Shown here in pieces: positions 25,101-38,273 of a stretch of DNA of 64,000 bases. The position numbers were made by a program, and so were the translations under genes. The notes beneath the pieces were generated by a model. The model was not told the origin of the DNA, did not search any database, and saw only the letters and a program-made list of their open reading frames with translations. Source of the DNA: Phoronis australis (taxonomy: Eukaryota; Animalia; Phoronida); NCBI GenBank assembly GCA_002633005.1, contig NMRA01000081.1, forward strand, positions 127,625-191,624, given 5' to 3'. Within the stretch, counting starts at the first letter, position 1, and each line of letters opens with the position of its first letter.

Positions 25101-27790
25101 ATCGTCGGGACACTATGCATGTACTGCAACAGCTGTTACGTTTTCACGCGTCCCCATAGTATGTGACGTCAAGGTGAATGTACATTTGTCGTTGATCATA
25201 ATTCTTGAATTTTGGAACACAAAATCTTATCTATTTGTAGAATTTGGTACATGCTGTGACTCAGAACAAAATGATTAATGATTTATTTTTCACTTTTCGA
25301 AACTGGATAATTTTACTCATCACATTCATACCACGCGTGTTGCTATATTTTCTTCATATGAATTAGAATAAAGTAAAAGTATTAACACACATGTGCCCAT
25401 CTGTACACAAACTGGTCCAATTGACCATATTCTGTGTAAATACGTTGGTGTGGTACCTCTCAGGTGATTTCTTGTACTGTTTGCTCTTCTGCCTTTGCTA
25501 TGGTAAAAAAATCTTCAGTTTGGGCCATAACATAGTGGACAGGTGAAGTTTTGTGAAATTTCTCGACAAATGTTATTTTTAAGGAAAATTTACTTTCTTT
25601 TCGCATGTTTTGTACGGCATAACCATCACCAAACAACTTTAATTTGGTAATATTTTGAGCATTTACAAAAATGTGGTATACAGTCTGAAAAATAGAAATT
25701 GACAATTTTAGCACTTTCTTTTGTCCCAAATTGAAGAATTTTTATTGGTAATACAGCTAATACTATTAGCTGTATTGGTCTAAAACCAACATCGTCAATA
25801 GCTAATACTATTTTAGTCTGTAACAGTTTCTTGTTTGGTGATTCTCTTAGATGGCAATGAAGATGACGTGGATGATGATGACTTTAGTGATGAAGATGAT
25901 GATGATGACTTCAACCCTGACAGTGATGACAGTGACTATGATGCTAAGCGTAAGAAAAAGAAAACTCCTGCCAAAAAGAAGGCTGTAAAACCTGTTACAA
26001 AAGTCAAGCCGAGAGCTACGGCCTCAGGTAAGTTAATCTGGAAATTATGTACGATTCAAAGTCAAAATATGTAATTTTCTATACTAAGCAAAATACAACA
26101 TACAGTGTAGAACCTGCTGAGTCAGCATTTTTAAAAATCCAAGATTGCAACTTGTTACCATGTTGATAGGGATGGGTACCTAGCCTGGTTTTAATAAGCA
26201 TGCCACAATTGGGTACTCCAATTTTCAAGCTTCTATCAAACAGTGAACAATTTTCATCCTTAACTGCTTCTCATGATGTTTCGATGCAGACGTTTGTCAT
26301 TTTTACATCGTACCAAATATATGTACGTAGTGTACTAAAAAAATTGAATTTTAACTAGTGAATCAAGATGAGATTGAAAAGTTCCGTTAATAAAAACCGG
26401 ACGTGTCTAGTAACAGGTTTCTTTTTGTGTCTGAAGATATCTTATAAATCTTATAAGTCATGTCAATTTGACATGAAGGAATACAAAATGTATAGATTCA
26501 ATTAACATGTCTAAGCAGTTGAGGTAATGTCTCAAATGCAACTTTTTTGTTAATTTACCTCATTTTTCATTCTAGTTTTTCTTGTAATTTTACAAATGTT
26601 CTATGTTTTTTTAGATCTGCCCTGAGTGTTGCACATTCATTTGTTGAGTAGCTTTGATATGTGCTTAAGTATCGTTGAATAATTGGAACGTGACACGCGA
26701 TAACATTATTGCCTAGGCGTATGCCCTGAGGCATAAATGCTGGTATACTCTTTTAATCTGCTAAGTCTAGTGTGTCTGCAATTTACAGTGTATTTCAAGA
26801 TCACACATTAAGAGTTCCTTGCTGTCTGGAAATGTTACTTAGTTAGTATGCTATATGATTTTAGTCACACCAAAGACAGGGCCTGTGAAGACCAAACCGC
26901 TGCAGCCCTCTTCATCAACAGAATGTAGCGTTCCACCTTTCAACACACCCCCACCTAGGAGTGGAACTAACTGTAAGCCAATCACAAGTTTTACAACACC
27001 ATCACCCAAGTCTGGGCTGCCCGGTGTCAAGAAACCTAAATGGACCCCACCAGGTACCACAATGTGTTATGCTTTCTGTAATTTTTTAAAGAGACTATTT
27101 TCTGGTCTTTCAATGGACATTTTATGGGTAACCAATCTTTCTTGAAAACTGGATGGGCATTCTCTCTAACAGCGTTATTTTTTAACAAATTACGTTCATG
27201 CGAAAAGAATGCTGTTAGCAAGAACATCGGTGCAGTTCGCGAGGAATTAACAGTGTCTTCAGTGTTTATATGCATGCAGCAACAGTCTGGTTCATTTTAG
27301 TTTCAAAGAAGCACTTGATGTCATCTTCAAGTGACACTGGGATTCGGTGCAGGAGCCACTGACTCATTGATGTGTCGTCACACTTGCTCTGAATTATGTT
27401 TGTAAAACTTAGACATGCTCACATGACAGTGATGAACACTTGAACACGTGGTCTATATAGGATAGTGCATCTCTAGTTGTTTGGACAACTATTGAACCAA
27501 ATTTTAAATGAATTGACAGTGGAATTAAACTGCAATTGATGAAAGTGAAGTGACAACATGCTAACCTAAAAACCTTTAAATTTAATGAAGTTATGCTTAC
27601 ATGCAACTTGTCGTTTGCTTTTTTTAGTGCCTGGATGTGCCACTGACCTCCGTAATGATTTTTCTTTTCAGCTCCAGCTGGGTCCAACAACGTTCTGTTG
27701 ACTTCACCAACTATAGGACTGCGCCTCGGACTGTCCAAAAATGTCAGGCTAAAGCCTCTGCACTCCAACTTTAAGCCAGCAGTCAGGTGA
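22028..27790 (+). CDS. RAD51AP1: RAD51-associated protein 1 / NUCKS1-family protein (exons 2-8; the short first exon was not identified)
   Basis: Phase-consistent GT-AG exons 22028-22086, 22616-22718, 23972-24081, 24793-24966, 25851-26027, 26865-27053 and 27672-27790 give about 309 aa. Motifs: N-terminal KAVDYSKY..DSDDDF, DDK..EDEDLKIAIELSL, acidic DDSDY + poly-K, KPKWTPP, and the C-terminal RAD51-binding SPTIGLRLGLSKNVRLKPLH, then TGA. AATAAA at 28122. Confidence 0.9.
22121..22194. repeat. (TA)n(CA)n microsatellite
   Basis: Read directly from the sequence. Confidence 0.95.
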
Positions 27791-28685
27791 CGCCCTCTAT
27801 TGAGGAGTGGCAAATATTTTAAGGTTTATATGCTCCTTCCATGGGTGATTGTCGGACACACATCTGTGGTGGAAAATTTTAGTTATTAGTAAAACTCGCT
27901 GAAGTCGGACTTGCGTATTAAGTGCTATTTTTGCTGAACTTGTTCAAAGTTCTGTGATACGAAGTTTGTCCACTCAGCCTTTGAATTAAAGTGGATATTC
28001 CCTTACTTGGAAGGGATCTTTTGGTACGGTTGAATCCAACTATTGTGCGTTTTATTGAGTATAAAGTTTTTTTGGCCATGTTAACACAAATATTTACGAA
28101 GACCCATTAGTACCGTGAAAAAATAAAATTAAAATTTTTTAATATGGATTATCAATGTGTACTAATTATTATGGATTGCCAATCTTTTGATACAGATTGG
28201 CAATATGTAATAACAGATTGACAACCCATTAATACACATTCGGTTGTGTGTCTTGTTGTCAGAGAGAATGAGGGAGCTTATTCGTATATATTTTCATTTG
28301 GGCTTAGCTATGACGAGATTCTGGTGTCATTGTCGGCAAATCATAGTGTGTTTATAAGCAAGTGAACTCTTCAACAGCAGGCAATGCTTGCTTTCTTGAA
28401 GAACAGGGATCGGGATGCCTTCATGGTTATATCGGTGGATGCATTTGAAGTGTAATTACAAAATGGGCTGAATATTGACAGGGAATGTGCCGATGGTACA
28501 CAACTAAATTCTTATTTTTAAAAACGGCTAACGATGTAACACAGTAACAAAATAATAACGCCTTTCTTTCACTTTAACGATATCGACTCTATATTCAACT
28601 ATCACGTGACATGTGAGCATGCGCAGCAGTAAAAACACTCAGAAACAGTGGAACAGGTGCAAAACATCAAAACACTTGTGAAAAT

Positions 28686-29358
28686 CTCCCCCTCCTTAGT
28701 AAGTTGTGACTTATGAACCGCCTGAAAATCTACACTAAAGTTGGAATATAACTACACGCAATATCAAATATAACTATAGTCCTCGGTCCAGTCACTGAAC
28801 AGTTCTTCATAAATATATTGTCCTATTATCCATAAACATAATGTCCGATACAATCCACATTGTTTAAGCGAACTCCAATGGGCATAATTTTGTCACCTGC
28901 TGAGTGACAACACTTTCGTTTACACGCACTTTAACCACACGTACTAATCCATCAACGCCTTTCACTACTTCAACTATGCGACGTAATGGCCAATGTTCGC
29001 GGGTAACGTCCGATTGCATAACCAAAACAATGTCATTGACTCGAGTATCCCGCGCCACATGACACCACTGCTTTCGTGCGGTAAGTCCTGGAATCCATTC
29101 CTGTAACCACCGATTCCAAAAATGTCGCACAACTTCCTGTACGCATCTCCACCGTCTGCAGGGATTGAAATGCTCCTCATCGACTGACTGTGGTGCGAAT
29201 TCTGCACCACATTGTCCGTGCAAAAAATGATTTGGTGTCAACGGCACAACATCGCGCGGATCTGCGGACTGATAAGTCAATGGTCTGGAATTAAACAAGG
29301 CCTCTGCACCGATAAATGGCAAATTCAGTTTCTCGTCCTTCACATCCGCGCTTCCCAA
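28686..29358 (-). mobile_element. BEL/Pao LTR retrotransposon 3' end (integrase C-terminus/DUF5641 plus polypurine tract)
   Basis: NSRPLT...PLTPNHFL...RRWRCVQ...HFWNRWLQEW...WPL.RIVEV..G.DG.VRVVKV...KLCPLE. PPT GGAGGGGGAG on the - strand at 28686-28695. Confidence 0.9.
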
Positions 29359-29829
29359 TATTTCATAAATAGCACTGGATCAACCCGTAGTTGAGTAAAC
29401 GCAAATTTCCCGGCCTGGTATTGGATTTGCATGAGTCATAACTTCAGACTTGAACTTCAAAGTATAAACCATCGTTTATTGCAGTTAGTTCACAAGTCGA
29501 CAAGAAGAAGTTCAACCTAAAAACAATAAATAAAATGAAATTTAGAATATGAAAGACTAAGTAGTAGCCTACACTAAGTCATAATGAAAAATNTGGTTGT
29601 AGGATGGGACATATAATGCTTTGTCTAATAATAAACCATGGCCATTTGTATCAGTAAGTGACACTTTGGCACTACCTCTGGCTAACACTGTACCCCATGA
29701 TTTTGTTGCCAGTAAAAATCAATGAACACAACAGGCCTCATGGGTTGACAGGGAGTGACCCATTTATTCATCTCCTAACAAAAAGAGAGCATACATACTA
29801 CTACACTGGTGAACAATAGATGGCGCCAC

Positions 29830-30690
29830 ATGACGGACACAGCTCAACATCACGCGCTTTCGGTTGGCGATCATTGTTATTACGGTTTAATACCCTATGA
29901 GGGCTTTCTTTGCATCCGTCGATATTGCATACACGTGTTCTGCAACAATCCTGATCACGGTGATTGGACCCCAAGCAACGGAAACTTAGACAGAGCTGTT
30001 TAGCTTTTGACCATCGGTCACTAACGGATATTGATTTGAACACCTCGTGATTCCAGGGGCTGTGCCCAGGTTGACTACAGACTAAACATCCCATAACGTT
30101 CGAGTTATGTGTTATCATAGTACGATGCGGCATAGAACGTGGATGGGTATGGGGCGTTGCCGGCATTCAGTGGGCAGTTTCGCGTGCAACTGTGTGAAAC
30201 TCGGCCTTCTGAATAATGAACTCGTGCAATGTTTCCACCCATTCTCCCTTCTTCTTGTCGAACATCCAGCGTTGGAAATTAGTAATCATGGTCTCACTCA
30301 TTTTTTTAATTGCTTGTAGTAAAGAGACCCGTTTTCTGGTTCTGAGACCATCTCTTCTTTCAAATTGGCTACCACTACATCCAACAAATCGGTGTAGTCT
30401 TGTATGTCCTTGGCAGATTTTATCGGGCGAAATTTCTCAATCGCTTCAAGTTGGCTGGCTATCTTTCTGTGTTTGCCTCCATATTTTCTATCAAGGCGTT
30501 TTTTCGCTACTTTATAGGCTGTCGCATAATGACCCAGACTTTCGATTAGTTTAAGGGGTTCTCCTAACAAATATTGATGAAGTTGGAGCAAGTTATACTC
30601 CTCTGTTGCACTGGTTGTGTCAACACATCCTTCCCAGTTTTCATAATTTTTAGTATCTCCAGAAAATACCGAGATTAAAACCATGCAGTT
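29830..30690 (-). mobile_element. BEL/Pao gag fragment (DUF1759-like region plus Cys/His knuckles), frameshifted
   Basis: FSGDTKNYENW...LLQLHQYLLGEPLKLIE.LG....YKVAKKRLDRKYGG, and CLVCSQPGH...RWSKAKQLCLSFRCLGSNH...CNIDGCKESPH. Confidence 0.85.
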
Positions 30691-30898
30691 TTAACAATTT
30701 CCACGTCACTGGCAGTAGTTGCAACGTATTTTTAGTTGCCGCAGAATCAAGCTGACAGGGAACAGCACATAACGTGTCTCCTGTCACAGACAAGTTCAAA
30801 TCTGTGAATAACTTTGCAGGAGTATCGTTCTTTGACTGGTCGTTGACCATGAATAGAGAGACATTGAAGTATAGTCACTATCAAAATCAACGTCATCG

Positions 30899-31500
30899 TC
30901 ATTTACAGCATGCACTGGGTTCAACTTCTATGTGCTGCAATTTTAACTTGTCTTTAGTATTACGACAGACAACTGCAAAGTGTTTCGGGCCATAAGTGTT
31001 TGCAGAAAACTCTTGGTTTTGCTGCTGGGCAGGTTTTGCGGTTATGGCATTCAAGTGCCGCACAAAAATTACACTGTAGGTGTCATTTTTGCCCGTCGTG
31101 GGCGCAGAGGTCGTCATCGTTGGGACAATGGTACTTTTCATAATTTTTAGGACCTCGATAGGGAGGGCTAGGCGGAAGGCACTAATTTCGGCCGCATAGT
31201 TTGCCGGGTTCCACTGTTCATAACCCTCTTTTGAGAAATCTGTCCAGTCTTGCAAAGTACAAAAGTCATTGAAAAGTCCTAGCCACAACTCAACGGCCTC
31301 TGCTTTGTCGTCAGTGATTGTTAGGTTGAGTTTCGGTGGCTTTGTTTTAGCCATTTTAACATCCCACCGCTGCCACCAAGTTGATTTGTATCAGACAAGC
31401 AACGTGCACTTAGCAATCAACCATATTTATTACTCATAATTATCCCGCACCGAACACTCTGAGAGATGCTGCCACATGGCGAGCATCGCACACATTAACA
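30899..31500 (-). mobile_element. Gypsy-type LTR retrotransposon 5' end (short LTR, tRNA-Leu PBS, gag N-terminus)
   Basis: LTR starts TGT at 31500 and contains AATAAA. PBS TGGTGGCAGCGGTGGGAT (31361-31378) is complementary to the 3' end of tRNA-Leu. The gag-like ORF MAKTKPPKLNL... follows immediately. Confidence 0.8.
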
Positions 31501-31564
31501 GGTTCAATCCAGTATTTTTTTTTCAGGAAATGAAATAAGCTATTGTCCACACATGTATTTTTGC

Positions 31565-31720
31565 CTATGAAAAGGCATCCTCACCAACGACGCTAACTTG
31601 TGTAGCAGTCAGATATAGTTCGTCTTCATACACAAACAATCCACTGGCATGTTGTCTTATGGTTACTTCGTACTGCGATTCACATTTCACCAGGGCCACT
31701 GACATGTACATTGTGCCATG
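31565..31720 (-). mobile_element. Degenerate YqaJ/lambda-exonuclease-like fragment
   Basis: HASGLFVYEDELYLTATQVSVVG resembles the YqaJ xxGLxIxxxxxxLxASPDG motif. Confidence 0.4.
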
Positions 31721-32619
31721 CAGCACTACTGGTGTGTGGAAATGCTGTGGGAAGAGAAAGGAGTAACAAAGCTTGTTAGCTTCAGTCAACTGCTTAAAAC
31801 CAATTTTTGTCCATTCAGGGTCGATGCAGAAGTGATGCATATCTCCTCTATGCACGGTACAAGCCCTCAAACCTAAAAACCAAAGGTCACGTGAAAACAG
31901 ACCTGATAGATTTTCATTTCAACGTGTAATATATTTCCTGAAGACATAGGATGGGAGTAAACAAATAGTCTAATGGATATTTGTCACGTACCCTTTGCCA
32001 TGGCATTGGGCTTGGATTGTAATCTTTAACTCACTAACCGATACCGATTTAAACATTCAGCATTCATTGATGTAACTGTCACTGATAAACCTGTTAGAAA
32101 TCATTCCAAACAATAATACTGCTTTGATGTACGAAAAGATCCCGAGTGCTACGTCAAGTATCGTAACACGCATCACAACAAACTAAGATTAACCCGACTG
32201 GTGACTGCCGCGAAGTCAACATCAGTATCGCAGTTAACAGGCATCTGTAGAATAAACATGGAATAATCACAAACCTTACCTTTGTATAAGGTCGTGCTTA
32301 CATTTTCCTCATAGAAGCACCCTTTTCACGCAATCTCAGATTCAGTTGGCACGCTTACAAGCCATTTCACCTTGTATTTAAAAATTTAGAAATCGAGGCT
32401 GTTAATCTATCACCACTAGTAAACGCGCGCCCTCTAGTTAATGTAAATTTTCTGAATAGCCCCATTATAGTGTTAAGTCCACTGACAGGTGATCTATTAG
32501 CAATCTTACCGTCTATGTAAGCTTGAACGTGTTTGCTTGCCTCAGCTCCTTCGTTTTCCACTTGTACTATGTCCGATTGTGTTTCCTCATACAGTGTCAC
32601 GTTTGTTACCACATTTTAC

Positions 32620-33670
32620 GGAGACATAAACAACGTGGTTTCTTTCTTAGGCTGTATTGTCAGGAACTACTACCTACGGTGACATCTATCGGGCAACATA
32701 CATAACACCCCTCCACCTTAACTAAAATGTCCATGCAACAAATAACGAAGTATCAATAAACCATGTCTAAATCAAGATCAAGTGTCAAGTCTTATTACTA
32801 CACAACCAGTCTCTACAAGTCCAGTCTCTGTGGCTGCTTACGAATCTGCGAAGAACGTCTCACAGGTTGATCTGACTGTGCTGGAGATCTAATTGGTACA
32901 TTGTCAGACACTACGGGTTCCGTTTCGGGCACAGTGTCACTTGGCACACCGACAGACGGTACAGATATATCAGGTGGACACACAACAGGCGGACCCGCAG
33001 AAAAATCAGCAGAACGCATTTGATCGGCATGTCTCCGCCAAAGCACATTAGGCGCAGTCTCCACTCTATATGAAACTAGTCCTCTCTGCTCTTTAACTAC
33101 TTCAGGAACCCAATGTTTCCCAGAGCGATACGCACGGACAGCAACCCGATCACCGACAGTAAAGTCGCATTCCTTAGTTGGCTTAGAGTCACACATGCGT
33201 TTCTGAGCACGTTCAACAGTCGCACTTAAATTTGGCTTCACTAAATCGAGTCGTGTTTGAGCCTGTCTTCCCAACAACAGTTTTGAGGATGTCCCGTTGT
33301 TGCTTGGGGCATATTCCTGTAGGCTAACAGAAAATTGTACAGTTTCTTTAGCATCGAACCACTATCACGCTTGGATGCTTTCATAGCCGACTTAAACGTG
33401 CTGACGAATCTCTCAGCCAGACCATTCGTCTTGGGGTGGTATGGCGCAGATCGAATCAGACGGATTCCATTGCGAGCTAGGAAATCCTCGTACTCCCGCG
33501 AAACAAACTGTGGTCCATTATCGCTAACAATTTGTTCCGCCAAACCGAACCTTGCAAAGATTTGGCGTAACACATCGATTGTCTTCTCCGCAGTAGTAGA
33601 TTGCATGGGCACAACCTCGGGCCATTTTGAATGGGCGTCAACGAGTATGAGAAACATACTACCCATGACC
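32620..33670 (-). mobile_element. Gypsy (K02A2.6-like) integrase C-terminal half, PPT and start of the 3' LTR
   Basis: FLILVDAHSKWPEV...IFARFGLAEQIVSDNGPQF...SAPYHPKTNGLAERFV..., then WRRHADQMR. PPT AAGGTGGAGGGG followed by TGTTATG at 32707. Confidence 0.92.
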
Positions 33671-34860
33671 GTTGTGGTCTTGCTGGTATGGAAAATCCGC
33701 AGCTGAAGACTGAGAACTGTGAGTGGATGTGGTGGCGTCACAGGCAGACGTGTCATCACATTGGGTGTCAGTTGAGGAACGGTCGTAGGATTTATCGGAC
33801 TCATTCCGCTCGGGAAGACACGGTACGCTGAAAGCATGTGGTATGCGCGGCGGCAAAAGCGGGTTCTTGTCGCCTTCGGGGGAAGTGGTGTCTGCCGGCT
33901 GACCGCAATCCTCGCTGGCTGAGGCAATAACATCTTCGTCGGGAGAATATGAAGAACAGGCGGGGTACGTAGTACATGGTAATTTGAAACAATCCTTTTT
34001 GCGGACACGATAGGATGACTTCCGAAGGTGTGATCCGGCGAATTTTTGAATGTTGCACCAATCACCTTCAGTAGAAACCACTAAATACCTGTCACGGCCT
34101 TGTAACTTGGATGCGTCGGTTCGTAGGTAAATGATGTCACCTACGTCGATGTGAACGGTAGGAGCACTGAGTCCAGATGGTGTTTTCGACTGCTCACTGT
34201 GCGGGTGGTTTTCCGTGTGTAGCTCATGTTGGCGGGAGATTAGAGAATCGTCCGTGGGTGTCAAAGTCGTGTTGGTGAATTGGTCGCGTGAAGACTACAT
34301 TTCTCGTGCTGAGAGGCCTTGATTCCGAAGTCTGGTGTTGAGTTGAGCGACGGCCAAGGATAGTGAGAGTGGCGTAACAGCGCCACGTGAGAGGTCTTGT
34401 TTACAAGTTCACCTTCCAACTCCTGAATGGCACGTTCCTCGACAGGATTTTTGTTCACGTTTTTGGCTCGACCAACTTCCACTGATATGCGGTGGCGGTT
34501 CAGGAGCTCGTCACGTTGGAGGGTTGCAAAGCCGGGTGCGCCGTCGGTACGAATGACTGAATTGGGTCCATCCAGCGGGCGAAAGTCTACGCATAGGGTG
34601 AGAAGGCTGTCACGAAGGGTGGTGTGGCGCTCATCTGAGATCAACATAGCGGTGGTATATGAAGTCACGTCTGTCCAAGAGATCGTTTTGGTCGAATCTC
34701 GACCAGCCATGATGTCATCTAAAAGCGCCAACACGGATGAACAATCTCGAATGACGCGAGCTAACACTTTGTATGTGCCAACAAATGAACGTAAGCCGGA
34801 CACGCGGGCTGGAGGCGGGCAGCTGGACAGTGTGGCTATGCGATGTAGGTCACACTCTTT
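33671..34860 (-). mobile_element. Second, different LTR-retrotransposon pol fragment (RT connection fused by deletion to integrase)
   Basis: [12 protein letters not shown]...ISWT joined to IRTDGAPGF...[20 protein letters not shown] and GDIIYLRTDASKLQGRDRYLVV. Confidence 0.8.
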
Positions 34861-34884
34861 CAAAGCGTAGAGCACTCGTTTCTA

Positions 34885-37800
34885 CAGAGCTGCCACCCCC
34901 TTTTGATTGAAATACAGACTCTTTGACACAAAAATACAGATTTTTTTAGCCAAATACAGAACATTCCATGCCGATGTAGGGGTGTGATTGTTGCGTACAT
35001 TTTTAGGGCATGGGCAAGGCAAGTGTAAACGATCACGTTCGATAGGAAGCATACAATATTATTGTAAAGTTAAGTATCATCCTGAAAATGAAATACAATA
35101 CTCATATTGACAGAAAATATGGTTTATTTTGCAATTCACAAAAACATGTTTTTGTGACAGTCTTCTAGGAATATAAAATATTCAAGCATATCACTTAAAA
35201 CAATAGTCTATGGTTTTGTTCCTTAGACATCATCAGATCAATCAAAGTTCTGATAAAGTTAGTCAAGCCCTCTCAAAGATGGTGACATGGCATTAGAGTC
35301 ACCAACACTTGATCCCTGTAGTCCTAAATATGTTGCACTTTTGGCTTTCTTCAGGAACTCATGGGAAAATTTTTGTTCATAACAGGGTGTTTGTTCCGCA
35401 AAAGTGTTTGTTTTAACGATCAGCATATTCTCAAGCAATTTCAGAGATGTGGAAGGCCGAAAGTCGGTGTTGTTTTTACGGACAACACTAAAAACTCGCT
35501 CGCTGGCAGCATTGCTGTGTGGTAGCACCAACACACACAACATGACGTGACTCAACAGACATAATGATGGTTCATCTCTAAACTTGTGCCATGCTTCATC
35601 TATGCGGTCAGAATGAGGTGGCAAATCTGTCACCTGATAATGTGCGAATTGCCTTTCCAGATGATCTAACAAACCAGATGTTTCAGTTGGAATTCTTTCA
35701 CCCAGTATGTTCTCCAAAGACTCTGGCATTGTAGTTAAAATGGCTGGGAAGCGGACTACAAAATAACGAACTGATGCAAAGCGAGCTTTCCTCCTTTTAG
35801 AGATGTCTACCACTTCGGCATGAAGCAAGACATCATCATGAATTGGAAACTTGATTTAAAAGTGCTCAATTTTAAAAAATTAATTATGTAGCCTTACACT
35901 GTCATTGGGAAGAGTGATGTTAAAAAGGCCAACAACTAACCTTTTGTTTGTTTTTTTTCTTCCGGGCTTCATCGATACTCTCTGCTGCCTCAGTAGCAAA
36001 GAAATGTTGTAATAATGTGGAGTCGGTTGGCCGAGAGGACACACAAGTTCGAGCCTATTAACACGGTGCTAGAGCAAACTCTGGAGGATACTCACATTGC
36101 GTCCGCACAGGACGGCAGCGAACTCCAGAAGCCCCAGACGATCTTGTCACGTGGTCTCGATGGTTGACTCGTCACGTGATCGGAGTATGACCTCGGCTGG
36201 GCTCTTCTGNAATGTACAAGTTTCATTACAAACACATAATATTTGTTGGCGCACTTCAGTCCAAAAAAGGCTAAAGAAAAATAACCATGTTAACTGGTTC
36301 TTTAAACTTTTTCTTCTTCTTAGAAGAGTCTTGGGAGAAGATTTTATTTTCACAAAATCAGGTTGCATATAAAACTTTTAGCTCCACATTACTTTAGAGC
36401 TATTCCGTGTATTTCTGACATTTACAGCCTATAGAGCATGTTCAGATATCTCTGACGGAATTAGCATCACACATTCAAAGATTAAAGCACAAACATTCAT
36501 TCATTTCATGCCGCTCTCCCCACATTTTCAGTTCCCGGTCTTTCACCTGATCTCTCTCGTTCAGCTTCTCAACTTATAATATTTGATTCAATTTTATCTC
36601 GATTGTTTCATGATACACCTGCTTCTATGCGTAACCTCTTCAATCTGTTACTGAAACGGATCAAGATATGCTTAGTTACGTGTTAGGTTCAGTTATAATT
36701 AAATTAAGTAGTAGATATGTTTGTAATCCAGATATGGTTAAGTTCTCAACTCTTGGAAATTAGCTACTTCAGGAAATATACTTCCCCACAACAACCTGAC
36801 CTCTGTTAAGGGCAGAGGGGGCTTTGTGCACGTCGCAACTGAAGCTATGCTCTTGCTGAAGAAGGTTGAAGCACGTTTCAGGAAATTTGTCCAGGAGTGA
36901 AAAGTTGTTGATAAAGAGGTTTTTTTGAATTTTGTTCACACCAGTTAGATGACTTATTTTTAAGTTGCGTCTCACATTTGGGTGTAGAAATCGATACGGT
37001 TAAAGATGTTTTTGAAGACATCATCAAGCCGTTTTGCAAAATTCACATTCATCACAAAGTTAATATGTGTGTCAGCAACCACAAACAGAAAGCTTTGAGA
37101 AAATCATTGAAGGCAAAAACGCAACTTAACATAATCATACATGTACACAATACAACAAAAATTATTGCCAAATACCGAATTTTTGCAGAGGTTCTAACAT
37201 TGATAGGGATGCTACGACACCCTTAATGTGAAAAAATAATAACAACTTGTCACTTGTATGTCAAAAACTAAGCTAATCATGTCTGTGAACTCACTGTTAG
37301 TCCAGTACTTTCTTTTCTTCATAAGGGAGACCATGATACTGCCACACTTGGGGTGAACCCTCTTTGTATTGTCACAAGGATTTATCAGATTGGCAATTTC
37401 ATGCTGTAGTCGCAACTTGTTGTTTTCGTATCCTCAACATGTTCATAATTGATAAACGTTGTGTCCAAATCTCAATGTACCTACAAAATAAGAATTGCCA
37501 ATAAAATAGTTTCCAATGCCATTGTTCTTTATGTGGCTGCGCTGGTAACATATACTGTGCACATTGTGGTAAATTTCGTAGGCCAGACTGATATGGATAT
37601 TTGGAGGAAATCTACATGTAGGCTGCATTAGTCATTTCACTTAAATTGACTTAAGTCTATTTGATATTGAACTGCTAAATTTGGTGTGCACAACTGTGAC
37701 AACATCCTCACCCTAATTCAAACAATGATGGGTCGTCATTTCGCCTCCCATTAAAGAGCCCTGTGCTGTCCAAATCTCTCCTCAAGGGGATCTTGGCATA

Positions 37801-38273
37801 GCCGGTTGGTGAATACTTTCTGTATGCCCTTTCCTAGCAGGAACATAGCGATACTGACAACTGAATTTACTGGAAAAAGATTTGAACATTGTATTAAGTA
37901 ATGTAAAGTTAAACTTTTATAAACCTGCCTTCCTTCAAAAGGTAACTTTTGATATAGGATAATGATCATCTCTTGTTCTTAGTCATGTTACATGTGGTAG
38001 TAGGGTCCAGGTATTGGGGCTTGAAAAGAAACCGCTCTACCTAGAGACTTAGGCTCAGAAAGTTATTGCAGCGGTTCATTCAGTGTGTCGATTAGGTTCC
38101 GAACTCCCGCTGCTCCCCATCTTACNGCCGCGTATTTTCTATGATTTTAAAGACTTTAAAATACGGATTTTTCGAGTTTGAAAATACAGATTTTTCAAAA
38201 AGCGCCCGGAACACAGATTTTCCCTCTCAAATACGGAACGCGTCCCGTAAAAACGGAACGGTTGGCAGCTCTG
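34885..38273 (-). mobile_element. hAT DNA transposon remnant (TIRs plus transposase C-terminus at 35259-35828), interrupted by other fragments
   Basis: TIRs CAGAGCTGCCACC / GTTGGCAGCTCTG with AAATAC(A/G)GA subterminal repeats at both ends. hATC dimerisation motif LVLPHSNAASERVFSVVRKNNTDFR. The flanks do not form a TSD, and single n gaps lie inside. Confidence 0.8.
37725..37870 (-). mobile_element. P-element/THAP9-like transposase fragment
   Basis: VFTNRLCQDPLEERFGQHRALMGG matches the P-family signature R.xQDxLExxFGxxRxxGG. Confidence 0.75.

Noticed and set aside
33335-34870. + strand ORFs (123 aa and 147 aa) in the TE block
   Set aside because: Antisense shadows of the - strand integrase frames; not evidence of + oriented elements.
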